From: Dimorphilus gyrociliatus
Taxonomy: Eukaryota > Animalia > Annelida
DNA length: 64,000 nucleotides
Assembly: GCA_904063045.1 (NCBI GenBank)
Contig: CAJFCJ010000025.1
Span: 992,001 to 1,056,000, forward strand
Direction: 5' to 3'
Below are positions 14,502 to 27,872 of the stretch, piece by piece. A program made the translations under genes and the position numbers. Every line of letters starts with the position of its first letter. Position 1 is the stretch's first letter. The notes beneath the pieces were generated by a model that did no database searches, was not told the DNA's origin, and was given only the letters and a program-made list of their open reading frames with translations.

Positions 14502-16141
14502 GTAAGTTTTTTGATTGGAGAGAGAGTGTGTGTGTGTGTGTGTGAACATTGAAATATTCATAGAATGTCATGCTAAATATTCAGTTTTTCATAATATACA
14601 AACGGAGAAAGGTGAATCTATTTTTAATTATCAAACGAAAACAAAAAAGATTGTTAAGTCTTCTTTTCCGTCGATTGTTGTAACATCATCCAAATCATTT
14701 ACAAGTAGAGTAGCAATAACAAAAACAGAAGGAAATTGAGTGGGTGAGCTAGTGTGTGTATAAGGCAGAGAGAGAGAGAGAGGGGGGGGAAAGAGACAGT
14801 GAAAGAGTGAAAGAAGGAGGGGAATGAAAAAGAGAGAAATAGAGAGAAAAAAGGGAAAATTAATTCCTCCTCACCCCGTTGCTTCTGAGCAGTCAATAAG
14901 CTAAGTAAAGCGGAAAGGAGATGATTCGGATAAAGGGAAAAATTAAAAAAAATGGAAAAACCTATAACTATTAAAGTAAAATATGAAATTTCAAATGAAA
15001 TAGAACACGTTGATGGTGAAATAATTACAAAAGAAAAATTGAATAAGCTATTAAATTTACTGGACATCGACGCAATAATTAAGCCAATAGTCGCCTATTG
15101 TAAATATATTGAACAATCGGCGTTAATTGGTAATTATCTAGAGTGCGTGTAATTATTTTGAATAAAAAAAAAAGCAACTGAAAATTCAGAGTAAATTCTT
15201 ACCAAAGAATTATTTTTCCTCTGTTTATTCATTTTGCTGATTTATCTTTTATTTTTCAATTTCCCTCTTTGATTAATATTGCAAAATAGTAGAATATTAT
15301 GAATATGAACGCTTTCTCTCATTCTAAATATTCCCTTCCGCCTTTCGGGAGTGATTTGCGTTTGTTATGGGAAATGATTATTGTTTATTTAACGATCATT
15401 AACTTATGAATATTAATGAGGTTGTGCCAGCCTATTCTCTAGAGTTTTCATTATTTATTTGCCTGAAGGAATAATTCGAAGGCAATTTATCATTCATTTC
15501 TTGTCCTCTATTTGCTTTTCTCATGTATTTACGCATTAGAAGTATATTTGTATACTTGAATAGTTTATTTAAAAAACACTCAGTTACTTATTTCCTTTTC
15601 ATTCCTTTGTAGGCGTATTTACCCTTCTACCTGTCCAGGTGGAAGAGAAGGTTGCATCAAATTAGCTTAAAAAGACGGTATGAGTCCTTACTTACGGTTA
15701 GCTCACTTTCTCATTCGCTCAGTCACTCACTAATTCACTCAAACATTTCCTCTCTACATTTATTTTTCAAGGTACTTTTATGGCTATTGGTATTGTATAT
15801 ACTATATACTATGTATGCAGGATATATGCGTGTGTGGTATATAATTCGTTTCATTTTTCTTTTTTTTCCTTTGCCATCAAAGAGATGGCTATCTCAGCAG
15901 TTTAGTCTTAAAGGCATCTTTCTTCAGTAATTATAAGCCAGGAAAATACTACATTTAAATAAATACTCATCAATATTTCTCTGTGATTGCACTTAAAAAT
16001 AGATCAGATCCTTGACTTTGCTGTAAATAGAAAGCAAAATATAGATAGATAGATAGAGAGGACAGGACTAGTATTTTGTATAAACATAGTCACCAAATGT
16101 TACATAGAAGCAAAGAATACCTTCCAATACTATTTTAGAAA

Positions 16142-19100
16142 ATGGCAGATGTTAATAGAGCAATCCAACTCGGTCTTACTGGCCAGACGACCAGTTGTAA
16201 ATTTCTTTTCCCTTAAATTAGGAAGGATTCAACTCTTATTGATGAACTTGTCAAATATCGATCCTGAACTAATTAAACTATCCTAAGATCAGTTCCACAA
16301 GAGTATTTATAGAAAATCGATTTATTTCTTTACTTTACTTAAATTGCTCTTGTATTTTGTTACTATTAAAGTAATCAAGTTTAATTATGAATGCTTAATA
16401 AAATTGTAGCTTTCTTAGCTCACGTATCGTCAACAAGGAATGGAAAAATAATTAAAAAAATAAAAGGAAATGTATGAAATTGCTGAGACAGCAATCTTAT
16501 TAAATACCTTCAGTCAAAAAGGGTAAAATTATGAAAGTAGGAAAGGGTTGGCGAGTGAAAACAAAGCAGGGGGGATGGGGTGGGAGGGGAAGAGGGGACA
16601 AATGAGAAAAAAAGGGTAGTTGGGGAGTACCAGAACAGGGAAGTGAGAGTGGCTTGAGTGAGAAAATGATACAGAGAGAAATTTTTAAATATAAAGAAAT
16701 AAAAGAGCAAACGAAAGGATTTTCATCTTAAAGCGAATGAGATAAAACTAAGCCGTTTGATAAAACGCATTTATTAAAATAACCATGTGGTTGTTATCAT
16801 CATTTCATTATTTTTGTTATGGATTTATACCTCAAACATCTGTTAGGTTTCAAACAATATATAAAGAGAAAAAAACAGTTTGTTGGCGGCGTCTCTTTCT
16901 TTTTCTCCATCTCCTACTCTCCCTTAAGGGATTTCTTTTGAATTTGATACGAATCGTGTTAGATGTTCTGTTGAGTTTTTATCGATGCGAAGACTACAGA
17001 CTCACTCCCACACCTCTTTTAGTTACTCAGGCCTATTTAGAGTTTGTTTTCTTTTCATTTCTCATATTGTCTGTAAATTCTGAAGAGAAATTCGCCGATT
17101 TTTACTCTTTGATAGATGAAGAGAATAATCATAAAAGACAACTTTTTTAATAGCTTCTTCTTTCTCTTTATTCCCATATATTTTCACTTTATCTCCTCTG
17201 AACAAACAGGTAAGCAAACGCAACGCACCGATATAACGAATTTCAACTTGTCACCGGTAACTCCCCCTAGCGACGATGAATTTAAAGATAACGAAGCCAA
17301 TCTAGGTATAATTACTTTTTTTAAGCGTGAAAAGTCAACTTCATTCCTCCCCTTATGAAAGAGTAAAAATTCTGAATGAATCTGTATGTCAATAGCCAAA
17401 CCGATAACGCCACCTTGGACGCCTACGCCAGAGACGTCGCCACTTTTGAAGAGGAAAGACGAGGAGGCACATTCGATTCGCGGTTTACAATTATCAGAAT
17501 ACGTTTTGAATGAGCACAATTTCATGCTTGAACCAGACTACGATTATCCTTTGGATTCAATGAAGTGCCAAGTGAGTTGATTATATTGCTTTTTCACTTT
17601 TAATTAATTAATTAATTAGTTGTTTTCTTGTTAATTATTCTGTTTTTCACTTTTGTAGTTTCCTTCCCTAATTCATTAGCTTGTTTGTCTAACAAATAAC
17701 TTTTAATTTGTCTTTCTATCCAATTTTCTCCGTCTTCTCCGTTTTGCAGCTCCTTATCTGCTACCTCCTTCTCCTTCTACTTTTCCTCTTCTCCCTTCCG
17801 CCTTTCCCCTTATTTATTCTTCTACGTCTTCTTTATTATTCTTTCAACCTTAATTCCTATTTAACGTATCTACTTTTACATTTAAAAGGATCCGCCTCTT
17901 GACTTAAATCTACCGCAATCCTCATCTTTAAATGAAATATCCGAAGCGTCTAGGGCGTCAACGGAAGAAAGTAGCGTCTCTGACGAAACTCGGCAAATTT
18001 TAGCTAATCCGCCTAAATCCCTATTGGAAACGCTACGAATCCGACGGGATGAATTTGCAAAAAAATCGAAAAAGGCGGAAATATGTGGTAACGAAATCAA
18101 GAAACGGAGATATACTAAAAGCGTCATGATGTATGAAGAAGCAATAAAAGCTCACAGAACCGGTCGTCATTTTGACCTTGATGAACTTCCTACACCGCCC
18201 GGCTTCCCCTCTATGCAGTTTGGCTTTAGTGAGAGTTCAAGCGAAGCATCCAATTCAAACCTTGCACCATCAACAAGGAGTTTATCACCCTTTGGTAGCT
18301 TGCAATCGAAATCGGACGATGAACTCGACTTTCCAATGCACGTCACTAGAATAAAACGAATACTGGAGAGAAGAAAAAATGAATATGAAAACGCGGTACT
18401 TGAAGCTCTTGAAAGGGACGAAATTGAGAAATATGAAAAGTTCAATACTGCCTTACATAATATTGAAGATATGTTGAAAAATTTAAATATAACTGGAAGA
18501 GTGGAACGTTTCCGTATTCCTCCTCCGCCTAACGCAAAGACATTACCGGCTGTTAGTTTCGATTCTGGCATAATGGACGCTGAAAATAGGGAAGAAAAAT
18601 TTCATAAAATTGAAGCAGAACTCAAAGATCAAATAAAATTCTGCGACGAAAATCAGGAAAAGTGTTTTGAATATGGTCATACAAGTTTGGCCGATAAGTT
18701 CAAAGACTGGGGAAAGAAGACAAGGAGAGAATTGAGTTCATTAAAAAGAGCTTTCAGAAATGATGACAAACTCCCTGAATTTCTGAAAGAAAGCCGGAGC
18801 TTTAGCTATGCCAAGTTAGTTTAATTTTCTTTGAATTAGGCTAATATAAGAAAATTATATTTAATATATATATAGTTTCCTTGTCAACGTATATTCCCCA
18901 GAAGTAATCTTTTTCCCTTCTCTTTCCTCATTCAATTTTCACAAAGGAAACATTGAAACAGACACAATCGCAGACCATACGTAAATAATGCAATGATAAA
19001 ACTACATAAAAACTATTAATTGCCATATAACTAAAGATTGAAAAGAAAAGGGAAAATCGTAATATGTTTGTTCTTAGTTGTGAGAGCGCCGATTCTTTTA

Positions 19101-22100
19101 GCGCAGGTGCGTCATCACCGAATTGAAGAAATCGTTGCAATTTTCAATTGATACCAATGAAATTTATTCCTATAAAAGGAATTTCTCAGTAGATAATAGC
19201 TCTTCGAAGAAAATAATCTCATAAGTAGTGCTAAAAATGATGCATTGACGTCTAATACCACTTCATACGGTCATTTATAAGGCGGTCACGTGATCGGATA
19301 TATATTTTTTCATTTATAATAGGTTTTTTAATCATCTGTCACCAGTGATTCTTTATTAAAAATGGTAGAATTCGACGAAATAAAAGCAAATCAGGCATAA
19401 ATACAATGTATAAATGCAGCTATAGTTATATACTGTATATATACATAGATACGTATATACGTATATACATATACTATATATTCTGTATACAGAATGAAAT
19501 ACTGCATATACTGTCTATGAATACAGTCGATGCACGCTCTATTGAAAGAAAGAAAAGAGTTGAAAGAGCGAAAGAATGTAGACACAAATTAATCGTTATA
19601 CAGTATTTCAACGTCTAAATGAACAGTCTTTTGTTGATTTGAACCCGAGAAAAATACAAAAGAACGAATGAAAATATAATAAGTTTACTAGTCAGGTAAA
19701 GAAATATCTCTCTCATTTTCTTCTTTTTTCTTTCTTTCTTTCTCTCGTTCATTTATCGCTTTCATTGCTTTTCCTCTTCGAAAGAGAAATCTGTTTAACC
19801 CATCCTTTGTCATTCTTCAATTGAGAAGAGACGCCTTCCGACGTCTAATTATGTTCTTTAGGGAGATCGGAAAGCCGTCTAATATAAAAAAACTACTTTA
19901 TTTTGTTTTAGAAATTTTAATAAGTATAACAATACTTCCTAGGTTTTAACTATTCGACTAAGTAACATATCATGTTGACCTAGATTTTAATCTCTGACTG
20001 CAAATGACATGTTCCTTTTTAGGTCATTTCCTCACCTGGAAAGCGATGAACTAGAAATTTTGGCTATTCGCGCTCACAATCTTCCAATACCGGACGGTTT
20101 TACTGCTCAGAGCTTGGTAACGCTCCTAAAGTACGAATTTGCTCATCCCAAAGTGAGTAGAACTTATTTGAAACGTCTTAAATAGAATAAAAAAATTGAA
20201 TAAGATTAGCATATTTCCTCTTGGTTATGCGATGGAGGAAAAGGGAAGAGAGAGAAAAGTTTTATCTTCCCTTCCCCTCCCCCCCTCCCTCCTCTTCTAT
20301 TCCTAGTTTTTCAACGTTGCAAAATTACTAGAATATACTATAGGATTTTTCCTTGTAGGATAATCCTCAATCAGGAGATTTGAGCAGCCCGGTAAAAGGA
20401 ACTTCTTATCCTGAATATCGAGCTACAAAAAATCTAAAAATCGTTAGAAAGTCATCGTCTTTACCAAGGCTTTACGAGCTGTCCCTGAGGATTGACTTAC
20501 TATATAAACGAGGTTAGCAGAAATTTCCATAGCTTTTGATTATCTTTTTATAAATGGAAGCAATTTTCAGGATTTATGAAGAGCGATAAAGTACTTGGTT
20601 CGACTTTTCTCAAGTTAGACTCACTAAAGGCTCATTGTGAATGCCAAAAGGCCTATGACCTTTATCAAGGGCAGAAAAAAGTCGGAGGCCAGTTGGAGGC
20701 AAGATTAAGAGTGAGAAAACCCTTGAACGGAAACGTTGAAGAATTAGAATTCAACAGAGAATGGCTATCAATGATATCTTTCGACGATAGTAGCAGTAGC
20801 ACAAGTGGAGATAATCATAAGAAATATGCAAAAAATCGGTAATGCAACAAATTTACACTTGAATAAGCATCTTACCTAAACTGCACACGTTTCGCCCACT
20901 AGATGGAGACAATTCATTTTACCTATCTCCCTTGTTTGCGTCTAGTTTGTCCCAAATGGTTAGGCGATCCGTTTTTTCCATACGTCTTTTAGCGTGACGC
21001 AGTTGAAAGAGACGTCGTAGGTTTTTCTTTTTTTTTTTTATCAACAAAGACGCTTAAGCAATTATTCATAGCATATTTGATTGAGCAAGAAATTCGGTTA
21101 GTAAACTCGTGTCAGTTGCTGGAGAGATCTTTTTAAGAATTTTCTATAATCTTCAAGGGAATTTGTCAGGATAAAATAAGCGAATAAACCAAGGATGGCT
21201 AGATTTTGGTCATTTATTTCATTTTTTTTAAACCAATAAGGAAAAAGTTGACTAAAATAAGGAAAGAAATATAAATAATATATTATATTTATTATCGCGC
21301 ATGCGTAGAGATAAGGGATTAGTTGAAAAATGTTTTTTTTTATTTTTTTGTACTAGTTACAAGAGATAAGAGAGGAGAGAGAGAGAGAGGACTAGAGAGG
21401 GGAAGGGGTTAGAAAGAGAAAGAGACAGAGGAAGAGGGAAGAAGATAGGTTTATTTATATTAATATAACTAACGATTAATGAAATATTTATGGATACAGA
21501 TAAATATGCGTAAGATAAACGGGTAACAAAAAGAATACCGCCCCTTTAATGTTAACCATTGAAGTAAATATAACGTACATAAGCTACATATAATTTGTTA
21601 TTGTTTGTTTTTATACAGCCAGAGTGTTTTGTAAAGACTTTACGCTAAGCCCACCCAATATTCTTCAATATAGGTTTTATTTCATTGATAGTTCTATATA
21701 CAGTATATATGCGCGTATATACTGTATATTTATATATTTTGAAAATGCACTATTTGCTATATGGATAACATGAATTAATCATAGTCTGAACAGTTTGCAG
21801 TATGAAAAGCATATTGCACTAACATTGTTTGCCTAAAGCATTAGACTGTGCCAAATGTAATCAAATCCGCCAATATTTTCGCGCCAATATACTTAATCCA
21901 ATAACTTCACCCAAAATATTCTTTGCCCCTGCAGACCCGAAAAACTGGTAACGCCCTCTGCAATACATTCCCTGCAAGTGCTCAAATTTGAACGAGAACT
22001 GGTCTGCGCCCAGTTAAGTAGAAGAAATTCCTTAACTGCTGCTCAATTAGCGAAATTAAGAAGGAAACACGAAAAACTGGGAGAGTTGAGTGAGAAAACT

Positions 22101-22307
22101 CATAATAATTTGAAAAAGGGTGGAATTCCTGCATTAGAGACTTATGTTGAAAATGTTAGGGAGTTGTGCGATTCTTATAGCGTTGAGATAAAATCCTTGA
22201 AGAAGGCGGGTGAAAAAGAGTCTTCGAAAATCTTAGCAAAAAAGAAGGAACTTGCAGAACATGAAATTAAACGCATTACTGAAAGGTTGAATAAATTGAA
22301 AAAGTAG
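16142..22307 (+). CDS. CC2D1: Coiled-coil and C2 domain-containing protein 1 / Lethal(2) giant discs homolog (DM14 repeats + C2), about 725 aa
   Basis: Phase-consistent exons: 16142-16196, 17210-17305, 17396-17571, 17889-18814, 20023-20152, 20359-20512, 20571-20838, 21935-22307 (2178 nt, open frame). DM14 motifs: PPKSLLETLRIRR..YEEAIKAHRTGRHFDLDELPTPPGF and LERRKNEYENAVLEA..IPPPP. Pre-C2 helix KIEAELKDQIKFC. C2 domain: FPHLESDELEILAIRAHNLP..KYEFAHP..SDKVLGS..KKVGGQLEARLRVRKPL. C-terminal helix IHSLQVLKFERE..GG..Y..ELAEHE resembles the CC2D1A tail. The first two exons (MADVNRAIQLGL, cf. AARQLGL of CC2D1A) are less certain. Confidence 0.9.
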
Positions 22308-24873
22308 GATTCTCTTCTTTTTTCTTTCCTTTTCTCAATCAATGCATCTCTTCTATCAAGTTGGAAACATTTTCAGACCATTCTTCATAATATTTTCATT
22401 TTCCTATAGATTTAGCTTCAGAATATAAAAAACAAAAATTAAATATACTTGTATACATTCCCTCCTCACCCCTCTCCTAAGGAGAATATACTATAATACA
22501 AATGCTCGCTTTTGTACTTCCGGTACAAATTATATATTCTATTCGTATATTAGTATATCCCTATGTATACAAGTATATCTTAATATATTTCGAGTATTGT
22601 TTTTTCCTTTTTTGTATATTGCGTATTATTAATAAGATACATAGTGTAAAAAAAACAAACAAACAAACAAACAAACAAAATAACCCAACAACTATCTGCA
22701 ATACTGCTTTACGGTGCTGTAGTAATGTTATATACTACGATTGTACCTTATTCTTATATATGCATATACAATTTCCTGTATAAAATATTATTTATGATTA
22801 CGTATACGGTCATTTACTATGTTTCGTATACTTTGTTCTGCTAAATATAATACTGTAAAGAAAGAATGAGAAAAACTGCAAAGAAAGAAAGATAGTGAAC
22901 GGTATAGCGAATGAGAGAGAAAGAGAGAGAGTGAGAATGAGAGAATGAGAGAGTGAAAGAGACAGAAAGACAGGCAGACAAACAGAAAAGAAAGAAGGAA
23001 GAAAAAAGTAGAGAGCAGTATATAAATAATGTTGCTGGTGATGACGATGATGATAATATTGAAAGGAATTTTTTTCGGTCAGCTCCCTTGAGAAAGTATG
23101 TACTGCACATTTTGAATTCTTTTTTCACTGTTGTTGTTTTTTCATGGTTTTTTTTTATGAATAAATTTTTTTGTTGAATTGTTAGAATTTGAAGGGAAAC
23201 AAAAAAACAAAAAACAAAAAAAAAAGAATTTGCAAAGGTTGTTTGATGCGTACAATAATTTGTTAATTAAAATTTATTCTCTTTTCATCTAGTCATCTTT
23301 TCTTCCTATTCTTTATTCTATTTTTAGTTTTCTACCTCCCGCTCTCCATCTTTTTCTTTCCATTCTTCGCCCAGCCTCCCTTTATCTCTTTCCATCTTCC
23401 ACTTGCCATACTCTATCGGGGGATAGAAAAAAATCAATGTAAAAAATAGAATAACATCCTTATTAGTAGAAAAATTCAATAACTACCTGGAAACCAACTC
23501 CTCAGGTCATATGTTCGTGGAAAGATGAAATCGGCCTATAATTTTTTTTCGCAGATAATTTTTTATATTTTATTTTTTCCGGGCAATTAATTGTCCTAAG
23601 TATTTTTTCCTGTAATCGTAAAATTCCCTTATTTCCTAAAGGACGGAAAGCAATTAAAATATTTCATTACACTTAAATTCCAACTGTTTACACAAGAGCA
23701 CAACAAACGACTTTTACGCCCCCTTTGAAATATTATTATTGCCGAAAAATCCTCTTTTTTCTTTTTCACTTTATCACTTCGATTAAATTCGTTCCCTCGT
23801 TTTCTAATGTTTTAGAAGAAGATCAAGGCGTATTCTTCTCTTCTTTGAAACTGTTCGTTGACTGGTTAAAAAACAAAATTAAAAAAATAATTAAACAGTC
23901 TTTTCCTTCATTTTTATTCTTTTCATTTATAATTTTCGCTGTGATGTTTGAAATAATAAGCTTGTTAGAAAAAATAGATTGCCTGCGTATAGACTAAGGA
24001 AGGAACGAAATATGGAGGAAGAGAAACATTTAGGGATAGAATACTAATCAGTGTGATAATGTCATTGGTATGAACTTCTAAACGATCGATAGAACTAAAT
24101 GCCATTTACTCATAGATGACAAATTTACATAAACACAAAGAATAAACAGAAAATGTATTCTACACATTGATTTCCCAATGGAAAATACATTGATGCAAAT
24201 ATATATATATATATAAATATATAGGTTTTATAATATAGGTTGTATATATAAAAAAAAACGCTTCTAAAACCCATATTTTTAAATTCATCTACTTTTTTCT
24301 CTCTTCTATTCCTTTACAATAAAATCCGTGTCTATTCTCCTTTTTCACACTAAACTGACAAACTGAACGTGCAAAATCCGACACAATAGTTCTTTGATTA
24401 CGAGAGCTTTTCGCTCATTACTCTTTTCCAGCTATTCTTTAACGATTTCCCTTTACAACCTACAAAAATACATATTTTCCACATAATCTTCCATCTATTC
24501 CCATCGTTTAATATTCAATCAGGAAAAATCATCTGGAATATTCTTTTACAACATCTTTATCTCTTCTCAACTATTCTTAATAAAGTATCTCTCTTTTCTC
24601 CCATTTTCTCTTCTCTACCGTATAGTTAATCAGACAATACATTCTATAATTTTTTTTTTGTTAACCATGCACGAATAGGCCTAAAATTTGCATGGAAACT
24701 GTTCAATATAAAATCGTGACGGTAGTACGTTATAAGCCTTCGCAACTTTAATAGGGTAGGGTTTTACTAGAGAGAGAACGGCCAAAAAGAGGCCTAATTT
24801 ATCGACTGTTCTGATTCATTTCCACAGTTAGTCAGCGACGTTTTTGTATTAAAAATCACGAAAAACGTTGGAA

Positions 24874-27359
24874 ATGAACTGCAAGAGATATCGCTTATCG
24901 TTGACTCTAATTATTATCGGCTATGTCAATATAATTAAAGGTAAGAAAACTACCGAGAAAAATTATATAGTGCGTGAGCGAGTGATAAAGTCGACGGACG
25001 AACGAACGAATGAATGCATGCATGATCTAGAAGGAAGGAAGTAAGAAAGGAAGGTTAAATAACGCTATCTCTCAAATAGTGATAGATTAACAACCTAGCA
25101 GAGATTGAAAGAATAGGAACAATTTTAAGAGAGAGGGTTGGAAGAGGAGAGGGAGAGTTAGAGAGAGGATAAGATGAACTAAACAGCTCTTAGAAGGATC
25201 TTTTATATTTAATAATTTATTAGAAGAAAATGTGTCAGATTTCATTATTAATAATAATACTAATAGACTTTTCTTTCATATTTAAGTATATATACTGCAT
25301 ATCGTGATAATAATTCAGTGACAAATCTTAAAATATAGCTTTAGATTGTCCTGTCAACGTCTTTCTATTGGTTGATTCTTCATCATCAATTGAATATTCA
25401 TCGTGGAAAGTTCAAACGGAATTTATGAAGGATTTCTTGAACATCCTCGAATTTGGATCGTCGTCTAAAGCCTCCTTTCTAACTTATAATAGCAAGACTA
25501 CTGAGAAACTTGGTCTGACTGATAATAAACCCGAATTACTGAATGTTGTAGATAGTGTCGATGTAGCAGATGGACTAACAAACACTGCTGACGCTCTTAA
25601 ATATATAGAAGACAAGATTTCTTCCTTACCGAATACGCACAGTACGACTTTTTAAACGCTCCGAGAGATTGTCCCAAAAGGAAAGATATTCTAACCCCGT
25701 CCCGAGTCCTCGCCCTCCCCAATGCCCATACAACTTAATATCTCTTCGCCTCTTTCACTTCTGGTTTTAATCCGATAGTTGAGTATTCCAAGTGCCCTAT
25801 TAAATATCATAAGTAAAATATGATTCGATTTTACTCACAACCAGTACAGTCATGACTGGACTGGTAATAAACGAACAATTCCGTTTAAATATTCACAATT
25901 TAATAAAGAATATGTAAAACCAGAAGTGATCTTTTACAATATTCATTTTGAAGAGACAACGGGCCTCAAAAAATTCGTATTGTGCGTATGGGAAAAATAA
26001 CAGATAGGAACGTATTAATGCTATTTTCCGATGGTCTATCCAACCGAAATACGGATAAGCTTAGCGACCAAGCTAGGAAATTGCACTCTAAAAATCTTAC
26101 TATATTCGCCTTATCGTCCAGCTATATAAGGGATGAAAAAGAATTGAGAAGCATCGCTTCAGTTCCTCAAAAGTATCATTTTATATCGACCGACGAGTTC
26201 GGCAAATATGGAATCGACGAACATGAGATGGCGCGTAGAGTGTGCGAAATTTCTTCTTGTGCTGACACCTGTAGTGATAATTGCATTAAATGTCACAAAA
26301 GTTGTAATTGTCTAGAATGTTCTGCTGGCTCATACAAATTATCAACACCATCACAAATAGACATATGCATAAGTAAATATATTACAATACTATTTATCTC
26401 TCCCTTTATCAGATCTATTCCTAAATTTGTTTTTGTTTCTCCTCTTTCTTTCATTCTCATTTCTTCTTCTTCTCCTTCTTCTCTCTCTCTCTCTCTCTCT
26501 CTTTTTCTGCTATCTTTTTCTTTGCAGAATGTCCCGACAACTGCGCTGTTTGCAAAAATGAAAATTCATGCAAGCAGTGCTTGCCTTCGTATTATTTACA
26601 CGAAGATGGAAGTTGTAAAGAATGCCTATTTAATTGTAAAACTTGTAACAATTCATTTGTATGCAACGAATGTAATCCGAGTTTCTATTGGGATACTGTC
26701 TCTCTTCGATGTCAAAGATGTCATATTTTAGCCGATATGGTCTTGTTAATTGACTCCTCGGGTTCAATCAAAGATAAGGCAAATGATAGTTTCGTGAATT
26801 GGGATATGATGAAGTCGTTTACGAAGAGTCTTTTAGGGCGGATGTCCATAGGCTCTGATCAGACAAGAGTATCTACAATAACATTTTCCGCTCAACCCAC
26901 TAAAGAGTTTGGCTTAAATGGTATTTAAAATATTAGATATTTCATTTGTTTAAATAAGTTTATTAATAAACAGAATACTTCAAAAGAGAAGAAATCGAAA
27001 ACAAAATAGACAATTTAATGTATGCCGGCAGTAAAACAAATCCTACGGCGGCCTTAAGAATGGCTTGTACAGAGATATTATCTAAAGAGGGAGGTGCAAG
27101 AGATGACAAACAGAACATAATAATCATACTAACCGACGGAGAGTCGAATGAAGGGGGAGATCCAAAAATTGAAGCGGAATATTGTAGAAATGAGAAAGGC
27201 GTTCATATATTTGGTATAGGCGTTACGAATGATATCAATGTGGAGCAACTACAATCAATCGTTTCAACACCACTAAGTACTCATCTATTTATGTCTCCGA
27301 CATTTTCAACACTACAATCGCTATTAACATCCATAGCAAGAGGCATTTGCGCCCGCTAA
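24874..27359 (+). CDS. Secreted protein: signal peptide - VWA - furin-like Cys-rich repeats - VWA, about 503 aa
   Basis: Exons 24874-24940, 25345-25641, 26004-26372, 26528-26920, 26974-27359 (1512 nt, all introns phase 1). Hydrophobic N-terminus MNCKRYRLSLTLIIIGYVNII. VWA1: LLVDSSSSI..TNTADAL..LFSDGLSN. CxxxCxxC repeats: CADTCSDNCIKC, CPDNCAVC..CKQC, CLFNCKTC..CNEC. VWA2: LLIDSSGSI..TNPTAAL..ILTDGESN..FGIGV. Both DxSxS MIDAS motifs are intact. Confidence 0.88.
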
Positions 27360-27872
27360 CTCTTGACTTTTGTGTTGTTTAAAGCTTTTAATTGTTTGTT
27401 CATTCAAGTGACTTGTTCATTTACTTTCCTCTCTACTTTTCAAAGTACAATAGTATTTTTATAAAGATGATTATTTTAATAAATGATTTGATCAATTGTG
27501 TATCTTTTTCGTAATCTAAGCTATCTTCACAAGAGCATATGGAGATATTGCGAAAACATTGGCCAACATAAAACGTATTTTTAACTTAATTATTTACGAA
27601 ATGCATTAACGGCAATTCAGCATTTATGGAAAAGACTAATTGTTCATAAATCAATAGACATTACAAATAAATTAATGAAAGATATTCAATTTACTCATTG
27701 AGGTATTCCTGATATATTTTGTTGCACTATAGTATCTTTATTAAATGCTACTATCTTCCAATAATTTATACATATATATATATAATTATATTATTATATT
27801 AATATATATTGTATCTATGTTATCCACCTCATTTGTCTTTAGTTCATAGAGCGACAAGCAGCAAATGCAAAG

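Noticed and set aside
14952-15152. 66-aa + strand ORF MEKPITIKVK..
   Set aside because: No recognisable motif or convincing splice partners; it lies within the presumed 5'UTR intron of CC2D1.
17184-18571. Minus-strand ORFs at 17184-17525, 17882-18127 and 18167-18571
   Set aside because: Antisense shadows of CC2D1 coding exons.
18928-19140. Minus-strand ORF with a hydrophobic stretch near an E-box/TATA-like site at about 19270-19295 (nested gene?)
   Set aside because: Begins at TTG directly after an in-frame stop, with no usable ATG or in-phase acceptor.
20576-22307. Treating ORFs 20576-20842 and 21978-22307 as separate genes
   Set aside because: They join in phase 2 (CG|gtaatg..gcag|A), and the second matches the CC2D1 C-terminal helical region.
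23725-23997. 90-aa ORF between CC2D1 and the VWA gene
   Set aside because: Phe/Leu/Ile-biased product of T-rich DNA; minus-strand frames are closed too.
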